A DNA stretch of 64,000 nucleotides. Source: Octopus vulgaris (Eukaryota). The stretch is taken from assembly GCA_951406725.2 (NCBI GenBank), contig OX597834.1, forward strand, positions 9,238,001 to 9,302,000, written 5' to 3'. The notes under the pieces are model-generated. The model saw only the letters and a program-made list of their open reading frames with translations, was not told where the DNA came from and ran no database searches. Made by a program: the position numbers and the translations under genes. Of the stretch, positions 12,906 through 27,822 are shown piece by piece; position 1 is the stretch's first letter, and the number at the start of each line of letters is the position of its first letter.

Positions 12906-13425
12906 GCTTACTTCATTTGAATTTTTTTTAGTTCTAATTTAAGATGAGAGATTTTCAGTGCTGGAATTGTCTAATCGTTACTGCTTAAATGGCATATGTC
13001 TAAACTATATTTTAGACATAAGAAATATTTTGCCATATTATAGACGATATTTTAACTAATAGTGAAGTTAGACAAGGAAATTATCTTTCGATGGTTAATA
13101 TTTATGCTTCTTATTACCGTTTAATATTCTCTATATTCTTTTCTTTAAATATATTTCTGCTACAGCATTATTGTAATTAAAAAGGCGATGATGAGGAACA
13201 GCTTATCGAAAGAAATGTTGGAAATCTGTTCACTAATGAGATTATATGCTGATTAATTCGTGTAGTTATATACAGTTTTCCAAATAGGTTTAGAGTGAAG
13301 TTGTTATTTACCTGAAAATACTTATAAAACGATATCCCAGAAAGTAGCCTTCTTAAACGTATTTACTATTAATTTTCAGTTAAATTCTCTAAATGTTTGT
13401 ATTAATCCTATTTTTTTTCTGAATA

Positions 13426-13701
13426 CACTAATCCATCGACTATCACGAGTGTTAGGTTCCAAAAACCCCTGCGATAGGTGAAAATCCGCGAAGTAAAGAC
13501 AGTACTGTATAAGATTTTTTCATTATTTTTTATAATTTGTATATATTTATTTTATTATAAATTCAAATCAACGCCACGGAGGAATCGGCATAAGCTTAAA
13601 TATTAAACTGCGATAGGTGAACTGCGATATGCGAACCGTGATATGCGAACCGCGATATGCGAACCGCGATATGCGAACCGCGATATTGCGAGGGATTTCT
13701 G
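13426..13701. mobile_element. pogo/Tigger-type MITE with an internal 14-bp tandem repeat
   Basis: TA|CACTAATCCATCGACTATCACG ... CGCGATATTGCGAGGGATTTCTG|TA imperfect TIRs; (CGCGATATGCGAAC)x4-5 at ~13620-13686. Confidence 0.8.
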
Positions 13702-14406
13702 TATATCTACTGTAGAGTGAATTTTTACAGGTGATGTATTGCGACATCTCTACAGGTTTAATTCTAAAAAGAAATTCATTTAAGTGAGTCCAATAATGAA
13801 AACTCTGATAGTTACAAACCTCTGTACTGTGGCATCTATACATAGCCACAAAGAAAAATATTTTTCGATATTGGGTTTAAATTTAAATTATTGTCGTGGA
13901 AAATTAATGAGTTTCATGCATTCATTAAAACGTTAATATCGATATTGCTAATGTCAATGCATGAATTGCAAAATGACAAAGCTTTTAGAAGAAGATGTTT
14001 TATGATCGGGGAATGAAAAAACACCTCACTGCGTCACTGTGATATTTTTGAGATTGTATTTTAACCAATATACTCCGAAGCCATTTGATTAACGACATGC
14101 TATTGTTTCATAGAGGTGCACAAGTGAATTGTATAATTTTTTTAATTAATGGAGACTAAACAAAACTCAATTTCCAATTAATTCTTTATCAGAATTAATT
14201 AGTCTATAAAAGCGATTACCTAAAAAAGTTATCATTGTGGTCTTTGATTGTTATATGGCTTTGACTCTTAGCGTGACGTGAAACTCCATTTATGTTACGT
14301 CGGCATGCTTATGTGCATGAATCTATATTAATAATTCCGCACTATGCTTGAATTCGTTCTAGTATTTCTATGTTCAGCTACAATATTTAAAGGAATTAAG
14401 CCCTAA

Positions 14407-14482
14407 GTAACTGTGATAACTTTGTAAAAAGTTTTAGTCAACCCACGGTAACTGTGATAACTTTGTAAAAAAATTTAGCCAA
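14407..14482. repeat. 41-bp-period direct duplication
   Basis: GTAACTGTGATAACTTTGTAAAAA at 14407 and 14448. Confidence 0.85.
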
Positions 14483-15354
14483 TATTGTTCATGGAAAAAC
14501 TGTGCACTTAAGAAAAATTCAAACCTTGGCTTTGACTAAAATTCATTGAGTATTCATGTGACTTACCGATAAATTATAATGATACCGAAATGTCTATCTA
14601 CTCATGATGTAAATGAATTAGTTAAGTCATATTGAAATCTTCAGTCGGTTCTTTATATTGAAAACTATAGAAATCATGGGAGAAAATAAAATATTTTATT
14701 GATTAAATACAGAATGCTACCGTTAGCTTCAAAACTCACAGTTTGATTGATTAGTTCTACTATTAAAAGAAATAAATGCAAGAATTTCTACACGAGGAAA
14801 ACTACAAAAAAAAATGTGAAGTGATGTTAAAATGATAATATACAGATTTCAATTATTCGATTGACTTGTACAACTATATGGGAAAAGAGTTTTTTTTCTC
14901 CGACAAGAAATCACATTCAACTATAGTTCTCTGATTACGGTGCGAATTAATGTTCTTCGTTCATGATGTAACTCTATAGCGAAAACGGTTTGCTGTTTAG
15001 CCCATAGCCTAGCAAAGCTGCAGTATTGTTCACCTTAAGAATCATAAATTTTAAGCAACTTTTTGCTGCACTGGTTAGCGTTTTGAACATATTCTTGATA
15101 CTTAATAGCAGATATTTCCATCCCAACTTTTAAAGATGGGCTGTGGCCATATACAGGGGCAACGCATAAGAGATTTTATTTGAATGAATGAATCGATCAC
15201 AATAATTTTTCTTTTTCATAGACTGGTACTTTTTCTATATATTTTTCATGCAGAAAGGCTAATTACGGGGGCCTAAACAGACAGACACACACATATGGTT
15301 AGGCAACATTACCCCGTAATTAGTATAAGGCCAGTTCGCTGGCGTCTATATTCT

Positions 15355-15486
15355 TCCTCGCCAGAGTGCAGCAACGTGAGATCAGGTGATTTGCTCAAGA
15401 ACAAAACGCATCTAGCGCTCCAGTATCGGAACCAGAAACCTATATTCATGAGCCCAACACCTTAACCATTGAGATATGCAACTCCA
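15355..15486 (-). mobile_element. SINE C-related head, old
   Basis: Minus strand TGGAGTTGCATATCTCAATGGTTAAGGTGTTGGGCTCATG...CTTGAGCAAATCACCT. Confidence 0.55.
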
Positions 15487-15518
15487 TAGATATATAGCTA
15501 TATACACCTATAAATAGT

Positions 15519-15802
15519 GTGGAGGCACATGGCCTAGTGGTCAGAACAGCGGACTCGCGGTCGAGGGACGCGGATTCGAATCTCAGACCGGGCGATGTGT
15601 GTGTTTATGAGCGAAACACCTAAGCTCCACGCGTCTCCGGCAGAAAATAATGGCGAAAATTCTGCTGACTCTTTCGCCACAACTTTCTCTCACTCTTTCC
15701 TCCTGCATCTTGCGACGGACCGGCGTCCCGTTCAGATGGGGAACCTATACGCAAAGAAACCGGGAAACCGGCCTTTATGAGCCAGGCATGGCTCGAGAAG
15801 GA
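15519..15802 (+). mobile_element. SINE family C variant (tRNA-derived head, different 3' part)
   Basis: GTGGAGGCACATGGCCTAGTGGT...GGATTCGAATCTC...GAGCGAAACACCTAAGCTCCACG. Confidence 0.8.
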
Positions 15803-15870
15803 AAAAACAAGGAACAAACAACATCTAGAAATATAAATATATATATATATATATATATATCTGTGTGTGT

Positions 15871-16032
15871 GACTAGTTTCGTTAACTTTCCATCGCCCTA
15901 ATCAACTCAAGACTTTGAAAAGCCGGAGGCTATAGCAAAAGGCACTTGTCAAAGGTGCAACACAGTGGGTCTGAACCTAGAAAACATTTTGTTGGGAGGC
16001 AAACGTCTTACCAGAGAGCTACGGCTGCGCCT
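15871..16032 (-). mobile_element. SINE A 5' half, degenerate
   Basis: GAGGCTATAGC...ACTTGTCAAAGGTGC...CTGCGCCT. Confidence 0.7.
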
Positions 16033-16409
16033 ATATAAAGTTAAAGGAGCTACACCGGTTTTTTTTTTATTAAGAAGCCGCCATTTTGCTTGAGACATTT
16101 CCATAATTTAATTAAATAAGAATATTCTACTCCCGGTATCGATTCTCCTTTCCATTATGGTTTATTATCTAAGTTTGTTTTAACATGAATAGCTAGTTAT
16201 ACATATATTCACACACACGTATATACACACATATATATATGTATGTATGTACGTATGTATGTTCTTCTTTGTACGTATGCTTGTATGTGTCGTGTGTGTA
16301 TGTATCTGATTCCCTGTATAAGTGACAGAAAGCGTGGGGTGAACAATATATATGTATGCGTATGCTTCCGGGCGCGTTTGAGTATGTATGTATGTGTTTT
16401 AATGATGTT

Positions 16410-16538
16410 TATGCTGTGTCCCTTTATGTCCTATAACTTAGCGTTTTGGAAACCACAGACGGAGATAAGTACCGAGGTCGATAAAAAGTCGGTGACCCCA
16501 GATGGCAAAAGTCCAATGAATGAAACTAGTAAGAGAAT
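16410..16538 (+). mobile_element. SINE A 3' part, degenerate
   Basis: TAACTTAGCG...ATAAGTAC...TGAAACTAGTAAGAGA. Confidence 0.6.
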
Positions 16539-16872
16539 ATATATATGTGTGCTCTAACATACATATATGCACAGACTCTTGTAGATAGAATGCGTTTGGT
16601 CTACAAACGAACGTCTTTGAATAATTGTGTCTGAATAACGCTTTAGGAAATCTACTGACATGTCTGATTTGAAACTAAATAAAGTGACATTGTATTGATC
16701 AACTACTTGATCAAATCGATACTGTCTTTTCAACACTTAATAGATTGATAGCTAAACTTCGTGGTCTGAGTCATTAGTCAGCACAACTGCGACTGTTACT
16801 GACACCACACGTGCTATGTGTGTTTGTGTATATATATATATATATATACACACATATTACCTATATATTATA

Positions 16873-16912
<40 letters not shown>

Positions 16913-17846
16913 CTTATATATTATATCTCTATTATATATATATATATATTGTGTGTGTATATAATATATACATACATATCATATATAAAGATATGCTATA
17001 TATATTATATATATGTATACATATATAATACAGTTTCTTTATTATATATTTGCTGTGTGTATCTCCATGTAGTTATAATTATGTGTATGTGTCGCTATAC
17101 ACAGAATCAACCAAATAATAACACAAATAATATTAATAATAATAAGAAGAATACATTAATAGGCACTTGGGTATATTACATTCACAGTTCATACACACAG
17201 AAGTATAAATTATTTAGCAAGGGGTTAGTAAGGTTCATGGGTGGAAGAAGCAAGTTATATATTGGTAAGTGGGGGGATTATTGATGCCATATGCTTTAAA
17301 ATGTGATCAATTTAAAAGAGTTTAAAATGATTCACCCGATACACATAATAAACATCAGATATGTAGAATAAATGAGAAAATTTCGATGATGAGGGAATTA
17401 TATGTTCCTGATGATAAGGATACTTTCAAATGCAATGTTCTCCTTCTCCCACGTATTCTTCAAAACTATTTAGCACACAATTTTCTGTGATTACTTTTTT
17501 ATTCATTTTGAGCAAGAAATGACATTCATGTACTTTGGTTGACTTGTAGCATATGGTAAGCATATACAGATAGCTTATTTGTGTTTCTTTCATTCCGATC
17601 CGTGGTGTCTAGCATGTGCTCATGCGCTTTATCAGCGCCTTTCAATAATGTTTCGTTGGCCCTGCCATTACCTCTGAATATATTTTCATTCGATGAGTGG
17701 TAGGATCTAAGCTTTGCTCTTGAAGATCTTCCTTTCACAGACTAAGTATTTCTCCTAAAACATATTAGCCTTTCTGCACATGGCTTGGGCTCTTAGTTAT
17801 ATATATATATATATATATTTATTTATTTATTTATTTATTTATATAA

Positions 17847-18007
17847 ATAACCGAAGAGATGGTGTTGTGGATTTCCACTTCGGCATCCGAAACTCAGAGT
17901 TCTATCTTGGCTATTGAATAATGGTAACATATTAATCTACAGATAAATTTCCTCTATTTACATAATATTGAGGTCTCTTTCATTCTTTTGTTATCTTACC
18001 GTTTTTA

Positions 18008-18012
<5 letters not shown>
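17847..18012 (+). mobile_element. Short pLTR-like element between AT-rich microsatellites, hammerhead-like motif at 17847-17905
   Basis: CCGAAGA-GATG(...)CATC-C-GAAA-CTCAGAG-TT-CTAT; flanked by (TA)n/(TTTA)n and (TA)n. Confidence 0.6.
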
Positions 18013-18054
<42 letters not shown>

Positions 18055-18088
18055 GTGTGTGTGTGCAGATATCCAAACTGACATAAGC

Positions 18089-18124
<36 letters not shown>

Positions 18125-18497
18125 CTTGTGTGCTGCACGTAACATCACTGAGTATTAAGATCCTGTCAGTAAGACAGCAGCTGAACCCATATGAGCATAA
18201 ACGATGTTTTGTGCATATGAGAGACTCCATGTTTATAGCTTCTTTTGATAATTCCTATTATTGTGTCTCGTATCTGGTACAATCATAAAGCCTACTCTAG
18301 ATATAGTTACATTATGTTTCTGTTGCGGTTGTCGATGTCGTCGTAGGTATTGGTATTGTTGTTCTGATAGCGACATGTGGTGAGAAAGGTAAATTCTTCT
18401 GAAGAAAAAAAAACAACATCAAAAAACAAAAGTAGTCTTATTGAAGAAACATATTCACATTGTGTTGTAGGGATTTATGTAGGCGTGTGAAGTGCTG

Positions 18498-18501
<4 letters not shown>

Positions 18502-18530
<29 letters not shown>

Positions 18531-18744
18531 CGTGTGTGTGTGTATACATATGTGTGTGTGTACATATGTGTGTGTATACATAAGTCTGTGTATACATATG
18601 TGTGTGTGTTCGTGTGTGTGTATACACGTGTGTGTGTACATATATGTATATATATATACGTATGTATATAAATATGTGTATATATATATGTATATATGTA
18701 TATAAATGTGTGTATATATGTATATATGTATATAAATGTGTGTG

Positions 18745-18777
<33 letters not shown>

Positions 18778-18990
18778 ATAAATATGTGTATACATATATG
18801 TATGTATGTATATAAATATGTGTATACATATATGTATATATGTATATAAATATGTGTATACATATATGTATATATGTATATAAATGTGTATATATGTATA
18901 TATGTATATAAATGTGTATATATATATAGGTATATATATACGTATACATATATATATATATATGTGTGTATGTATATAGGTTTAAGTGTA
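18502..18990. repeat. Complex (TA)/(TG) array
   Basis: Read directly. Confidence 0.95.
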
Positions 18991-19154
18991 TGCATGTATA
19001 TACATCCATACGTGCATACACACTTACATGTGTTTTTGTGTTTATTGTGTAAACAGGATGGAGAAGCTGTAAATGGCGGCAGATGCAATTGCGATCAAGC
19101 AACATTCCTGTATGAGAGGAGTTAAGCGGAAGCCATACTGATTAATACGCTTCA

Positions 19155-19326
19155 ATCGTCATTATTATTATCATCATCATCACTATTATTGTTATTATTA
19201 TTATTTTCATCATTATCATCATCTTTCAATTCTCTTCCGATTTCTTGCCGAGTGTCTTCTTGACACCCAAGGCCGAGGAACAGTATGTATAAATTGGCAG
19301 GCCTATTCTTCTTCTTCTTATTATTA

Positions 19327-19366
<40 letters not shown>

Positions 19367-19527
19367 TCTTATTATTATTATTACTCTTTTCATTATTATT
19401 ATTATTATGATTACTCTTATTATTATTATGATTATTATTATTATTATTATTACTCTTATTATTATTATCATTATTATTATTATTATTATTATTATGATTA
19501 CTCTTATTATTATTATTATGATTAGTC

Positions 19528-19558
<31 letters not shown>

Positions 19559-19598
19559 CATGAATACTCTTATTATTATTATTACTATTATTATTATT
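19155..19598. repeat. (ATT)n array with TACTCTT interruptions and an ~80 bp insert (19228-19308)
   Basis: Read directly; the insert resembles a retroelement 3' tail on the minus strand. Confidence 0.85.
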
Positions 19599-20069
19599 CG
19601 TCATTTATCATTAATTGTCCATTTGCTGTCAACACCCATCCCGTGGAGGACATGGCATCCAGTGACTGATGATGCGCAGACATGCACTGAGGCTGCTGCA
19701 TCTCAAGTGCTACCTTAGCGTTTAACAAGTGCGGTCGCCGTTTGTTTGACGAGCTTTTTCGCAGTCTGTCTCCTTAACGGAGCTACAGTCCTAGATCTGG
19801 CGTAGACCAAGCAGGGCGCTTGGCACTTAGAGAATCTCCAAGCGCTCACACCCGTTGGCCAGTCCGGCAATGCACTCCGTATAAGTTCCACTTGGAGTTC
19901 TATAGGGAATTAGTGGGGGCGGGAGCAGAGTGACGACATTTTCTGACAGGTTCTGGAAGTCGGGATGGATCAACTGTCTGTCTAGTGGAAATGGGTCTAC
20001 TCTGAGTGTGCGCCTGTTGGCCGGATGGAGTGGAGAAGAAGAGGGCCTGCCTACTCTAGCTGCCTCGGC

Positions 20070-20231
20070 AGCATTTCGTTTGTCTTTACGTTCAGAGTTT
20101 AAATTCTGCAGAATCCTGTTTTGCCTTTCTTCCTTTAGGGGGCGACAATATGAGTACCATTTGAGAATTGGGGTCGATTAAGTTGACTTGTTCACTTCCC
20201 CGAACTTTCTGGCTTTCTGCCAAAATTGCAA
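20070..20231 (+). mobile_element. SINE B fragment
   Basis: TTACGTTCAGAGTTTAAATTC...GCCTTTCTTCCTTTAGGGG...GGGGTCGAT. Confidence 0.7.
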
Positions 20232-20589
20232 GTGTTCGGGAGTTGAACATGTGCAGATATCTTCCTGTCTACTATTTAGCACTTGTTGTAGCTCTACAAC
20301 GCAATTGTTATTTATATAGTCATAACATACTTAATCGCTTGTCAGAGAATTGTAAACTTGTATTTATAGAGAGAATATATCTGTGAGAAGAAAGTTAGAT
20401 TTGAAAATCTGTTCGTTTAGCTGTTCGGTATAACTTCTAGAGCTGAACATTTGACATACAACGGATTTAAGTTCTGCATAAAACCAAGATATTTGTGCTT
20501 AGATTTATATAAGCCTTGCGTACCTGAATGCAAAGTGGATAACTATTGTCTTCTACTGTTATTATCCCGAGAGAGAAAAAAACGAAAGC

Positions 20590-21001
20590 CACTTATAAGT
20601 TTAAAGCTGAGAGTTTTGTGATTGTTTTATTTTATTTTATTTTATTAACTATACATTAATTTAAGGAGTCAATAAAACAGACGGATTTTTACGTTTATAT
20701 ATTTGTTGTGCAAAATTTTTTATGTGAAATCGTGTGTTGAAACAGATATTGTTGTATTTCGGAATGGTCATTTTTCCAGTTTAGCCAATAAAAACACACG
20801 CACTATATATTTGGTGTTAATTTGCTTCAGTGTTATTTATTTTTTTACATTAAACTTAATCTTATTTCGCTCAGAGTTCTTTCGTCACACTCCTGTGACC
20901 GCATCAGTAGTCCTTTGCTTTCTTCTTTCTTATTTGTGTGACTCTCCTTACTAACGGTCAGCCATTTTGTATTTATTACACTTAAAATATAAGCTTATAA
21001 C
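20590..21001 (-). mobile_element. Interspersed repeat with a hammerhead-like motif (20868-20913)
   Basis: Minus strand CTGATGc-G-GTCAC-AGGAGT-GTGAC-GAAA; the ATTGGCTAAA..CCGAAATA block recurs at ~57620-57662. Confidence 0.5.
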
Positions 21002-21409
21002 TTATTGACTTTTGCATTTTTTCAGATATTTCAAACTATAAGTTGATATTTGAGTGTACATAATTAGTAGCAACACATGCAAATTCCCTGCGGAAAGTAG
21101 CATTTCATGTTTGCTTGCCTCAGCGTATGCATGCGTGTGCAGATGTGTGCTTATATATATATATCCGTAAGCATGACTCTGTTTATTCATATGTACCTAG
21201 TTAATATGAAATTTTGCAGACGAAGTTAATTTAAACAACTCGCGTCCTATATATTAAAACAAAATCACAGTGTGTTTCTTTAATTTAAAGATGTATGTCT
21301 TTAAAATAACAGTAAACTTTGTCACCATAAATTTAAAGATATTATATTTCCACAAATTTCCAGCACGATCTTTTCGCCCAGTTTTCGTGTATGTCTCCAC
21401 TTTGACCTT

Positions 21410-21622
21410 CCATAAAATCCAAAATTCATTTTGTAAGTTATGGGAACAACTGTCTTCGAAGACTCATATTGTCGTTGAATGCTCAAAATGAGGAGTAGAC
21501 AACTGATGAAGGGTCTTTCTTTGTGTTACTTGTTCCCTTTGCATTTTTGTCTCTCGTTATTTGCGTATTTAATTCGCTTGTTTTCATATTTCATTTTGTT
21601 TACAGTTGGTGATGTCCTGTAC

Positions 21623-21625
<3 letters not shown>
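21410..21625 (+). mobile_element. Unclassified TA-adjacent repeat (same family as 57140-57372)
   Basis: Shared CTGATGAAGGG motif and terminal GTCCTGTAC before (TA)n. Confidence 0.55.
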
Positions 21626-21666
<41 letters not shown>

Positions 21667-21676
21667 TCTTCTATAG

Positions 21677-22234
21677 TTTTATTCTTTTACTTGTTACAAT
21701 CATTTGATTATGGCCATGCTGTAGCACCACCATAGAAGTTTTTTTACTCCAAAAAATCGACCCCATGTCTTCTTTCTAAGCGTAGTACTTCCTCTATCTT
21801 AGTCTTTTGCCGAACCGCGATAAGATAAGGGAACATAGACACACTAACATAGCTTCCCATGGGATAAACGGACACCGAAACGAGCACATAAATACCTTCA
21901 TATATATATATATATGTATATAGATAGATAGATATATAGATAGATAGATATACATATATAGATATATAGATATACATATATAGATATATAGATATACATA
22001 TATAGATATATAGATATACATATATAGATATATAGATAGATAGATATACATATATATAGATAGATAGTGAGAGAGATGTATATGAGACAGGCTTCATTCA
22101 GTTTACGTTAACGAAATCCACTCACAATTCTTTGGGCAGCCCGAGGCTATAGTTGAAGACATTTGCCCAAGCGGGACTGAACCCGGCACAACGGGTAGGG
22201 AATCATGGTCCTTAGCACACAGCCACACCCATCC
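21677..22234 (-). mobile_element. SINE A, full length, with expanded (TA)/(GATA) centre
   Basis: Tail at 21677-21740 and head at 22085-22234. Confidence 0.8.
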
Positions 22235-23189
22235 TATATAAAATATAAACAAATTCTTCATTGTAATGTTTGTTGGGGGAAATGATTTTCCCCTGAGAAT
22301 ATCAAAAACACAATTATGACAGCCTTAGAGAACACTAATGTCATATAATTGTTAGTAGTAGTATTCTTATGAGTAATATTATTAGTAGTAGCTGCAGAGC
22401 AGCGGTGGCAGCAGTAACCACAGCAGCAGTTGCAGCAACTGTAGTGGCAGCAGCAGCAGCAGCAGTAACAACATTAACACACTTGTAATCGCAATAATGT
22501 TCTACATGTAATTTTCTTTCCTTCTTTCCTTTTTTTTTTGTTTGAAATTATGTAAACCGTAACACATTTTTATTTCTTTTTGAGGGTTGTGTTACTCCAC
22601 CACAAGAGGCTTCTTGTACATATAAAATGTTATTCTGATATCCATTTGAACATATCCAAAAGGAAGTAAAGCATGTAATACACTACTCTATTGAATTATT
22701 GCATTTCCATTCGGATTGAGCTTTTATTCTCTTTGTTGTTTTGTAGTCAATGTTGATTTTGGTGTTAATGTCTTTTCTTTTCTACTTTTTTTCTTAAGGG
22801 AAAATAACATTTATTGTTAATACTAATACTGAAACATTTGTACACCCAATCTGTGATTTTATATATTTCTTTATTTGATGGGGCGTTATAGTTGTTGTTG
22901 TTGTTGAAGTTGTTTTTAAGGGAAATATTTACGCACAAAAAACACATTAACAGCAAACGACGTCATATGACATTACTGTTCTCCAAGGTCGACATAATTG
23001 TGTTCTTGTTACTTTAAGGGGTATATTATTCCATCACAAATCTATACTAAAATATTTGTTTAGAATTATATGAATTTATATATAATACACACAGACACAC
23101 ACACATATATATGTGTATGTGTGTGTGTGTATAGATAAATAGATAGGGAAAGAAATACAGTATATAAAAATATTTGTGTACACATATCT

Positions 23190-23204
23190 ATCTATCTATC
23201 TATC

Positions 23205-23235
<31 letters not shown>

Positions 23236-23532
23236 ATATGTATGTGTGTATGACTATGGCGATATTTTTGTATGTAATTTTGGGAATATATAAAAAAAAA
23301 TAGTATATTTGCACAGTCAGTTATTTTCATTGTGTACACCCCCAACATATATATATATATATATCCATATATATAAACATGTGTATGTATATAATATATA
23401 TATATATAAACATATGTATGTATATAATATATATATATATATATATAAACATGTATATATATAAACATATGTGTATATATATATATACACATATATATAC
23501 ACATATATATATATACATATTTATATATACAC

Positions 23533-23581
<49 letters not shown>

Positions 23582-23740
23582 TATATACATATATATATGT
23601 ACACATATATATACACACATATATATACATATATATATATACACATATATATACATATATATATACACACATATATATATATATACATATATATATATAA
23701 TATATGCATAGACACACACACAGACACATATATATATATA
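23190..23740. repeat. Complex (TA)/(CA) array
   Basis: Read directly. Confidence 0.95.
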
Positions 23741-24449
23741 TTCATTTTTGGGGCTGTAATATTATTGTGCACAAATATGTGAGCGGGGCTTCATATACAT
23801 CTTTAGATAGTTGTCATTTTACCACTTACTTACTCAGTGTTACAATTACATACAGAGTTCTCTCACTCACTAGCTCTCTCTCTCTCATTCTCTCTCTCTC
23901 TCTCACTCGCGCGCAAACACACACATATATGCATGTATGCATATATGTTCACAAATATTAACAGTAAGAAGAACAATAGCAATAAGTATAATATTAATAA
24001 TAACTCTAACGGCAACAAAAAACAAAACATAAAGAATACTACCAACAGAAACCACTGCAAAATCAACGAAATCTGTAACAGCAACAATAAAAAGAAGAAG
24101 AAGGAAAAGAAGAAAAGAAATATAACTACAGCAAAAATAACAAATGATATCCATTATATGCTGACATGTTATGGCACTCACGGAAGTACAAAACGCAGAA
24201 ACACACGCATACATATATTTAGACAAACGAATTAAATTCTTTATGAAATATATGAGAGTAGCGAGGCGTTAATCTTCCGTTAAAACGCATTAAGACATAT
24301 ATAAATGCTAGCAAAGTCATTATAGTTATTGAGAATAAATGGAGGAGGACTAGAAGACGGAGAAGAAGAAGCATAGGGCAGAGAAAGGCGGAGAGGCGAA
24401 TGTAAATAATAATAATAATGATAATAATAATTATATATAATAATAATTT

Positions 24450-25588
<1,139 letters not shown>

Positions 25589-25789
25589 CTGTTGCTCTAT
25601 TATATATTTGCTGTGTGTATCCCCGTGTATGTATATGTATATATCTCTATACATAGAATCAACCAAATAATAACACAAATAATAGTAATAATAATAATAA
25701 TAATAATGAGAAGAAGAAGAATGATGATATGTGTATTAAGATGGTTTTGTTTTTGGTACAAATGTGACGAATGAGGGAACACTTTAAGG

Positions 25790-26660
25790 ATAAAAAGCAG
25801 TAGTGGAGAAGGGGATGAGAATGTGTGCGTTGATGGCTATTATAATGTGAATGATAGGAAGGAAGACGCAAAATGGAAGGAAAATGATAATAAGACGAGG
25901 AAGAAGTGCGAAATATAACCAGAAATAAGCGGGAAACGGTTATGGAAAACAAGAATAAAACTTAGAATACAATAAGGAGAGGATGAGGCTAAATGGGATG
26001 GGATTAGGAAAAGGATGAAAGAAAAGACGATGATTTAAGAAATAAGATGAGAGAATATATGAAGTAAAAGAAAGATCGAATGAAAAAGCAGAGAGGGAGA
26101 GAGAAAGAAAGAGAGGTTGTGGGAAGAAAATCATAAGAGAAACAAAGGTTTGAAAGAAATGGTGGCTTTGAAAATGGTGGCGATGAGGAGACCGAGGATG
26201 ATGATGATGATGGAGATGATGATGATGATGTTTATATAGGAAAGGCAACAAAAATTTCAGGTTGAAGAAGAAAGGAGGGAGGTGAAGAGGCAGATGAAGA
26301 TGAAAGAAGAGGGGGAAGGTGGCGAAGGGAGGACAAATGCTTAGCTATTTGGAGCTAGAGGAATGTGGGACTTGAAGAAATGATGAAGAAAATCCGTCTC
26401 AATAGACGATTGCGAAAGAGGCAGAGAAATGGTAACGATGAACTAAAAAAAAAAAGAAAGTAAAATGAGGTGAACATGGAATGGCATAAAATAATGAAAT
26501 GGAAACCGCGGTAATATTGTATAAATATTTTTATAAATGAGCGGAAAAGAATAAGGCCATCGTGAAGGAGAAGGCGTTGATTATGTACAAATGAAAGGAT
26601 GAAAAGAGAAAGTGAGGGAGAAAAAAGAACAAGGGTTGTTAAGTCAAGAAATGAGAGCAA
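25790..26660. repeat. Purine-rich (GA) low-complexity tract
   Basis: Strong A/G skew on the + strand. Confidence 0.8.
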
Positions 26661-26946
26661 ATCTCCACACTACATAGATCGCTGTTTATAATGTCATGTG
26701 ATCATTGAATACTAGGTGATCGTGTGACCTTGCAAATCATCATCGTCATCGTCATCGATAGCATCATCATCATCTCCACCATCATCATCCTCATCGCCAC
26801 CATCGTCGTCGTAGTCGTAATCATAACCACCATCATCATCATCATCGGCAGCAACACCACTACCACCCTTATCATAATCATTACACCTCCACTACCACCA
26901 TCAATACCGTCGTCGTGACCGCAGCATACCACCACCTCCACTACCT

Positions 26947-27170
26947 GTTTCTTTACTACTCACAAGGGGCTAAAGACAGAGTGGACAAACAAGGACAGAT
27001 AAACGGATTAAGTCGATTATATCGACCCCAGTGCGTAACTGGTTCTTATTTAATCGACCCCGAAAGAATGAAAGGCAAAGTCGACCTCGGCGGAATATGA
27101 ACTCAGAACGTAGCGTCAGACGAAATACTGCTAAGGATTTCGCCCTGCGTACTAACGATTCCGCCACCTC
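26947..27170 (-). mobile_element. SINE B, near full length, inside (CAT)/(CAC) repeats
   Basis: CACAAGGGGCTAAA...CGACCCCGAAAGAATGAAAGGCAAAGTCGACCTCGGCGGAAT. Confidence 0.88.
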
Positions 27171-27684
27171 CACTACCATCACAACAACCATCATAATCAG
27201 CATTACTATTCGCCACCGCCACCACTATTATTATAATCGTCACTAACATCATCACCATCACCAACGACAAAAACACCATTATCACCAACACCAGCAGCGC
27301 AATCTTCATCACCACCATCGTCATCACCAACATACGAGATCTGAATTGATAAATGCATACACAGTTTCTTACAAGGACACCAACAAGAATATACGATTTC
27401 AAAGATTAAGTACATATTCGAAATCCTAATACACACCCAGAAATAAATGCACAAAATACAAACACTCCTTTGCAACGAATTCGTATAAATACACAAATAA
27501 TTAAAATAGACCGTTTTGTATTTTGACAGAAAGAAGATTTCTGCGTTCGTAAAGTTGCTGCTCCAATCGAAGTTTCATAAAGTAAGTAACATAGAGTATA
27601 TAGATAGATAAATATTGCCTGTCTAATATACATATACATACACACAACACGTATATATATATATATTTATATTTACGCATACAA

Positions 27685-27732
<48 letters not shown>

Positions 27733-27756
27733 TATATATATATTACACATACAAGC

Positions 27757-27822
<66 letters not shown>

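Noticed and set aside
13608-13686. Short regular repeats suggesting a CRISPR array
   Set aside because: Contiguous 14-bp tandem units with no spacers, inside a MITE in eukaryotic DNA
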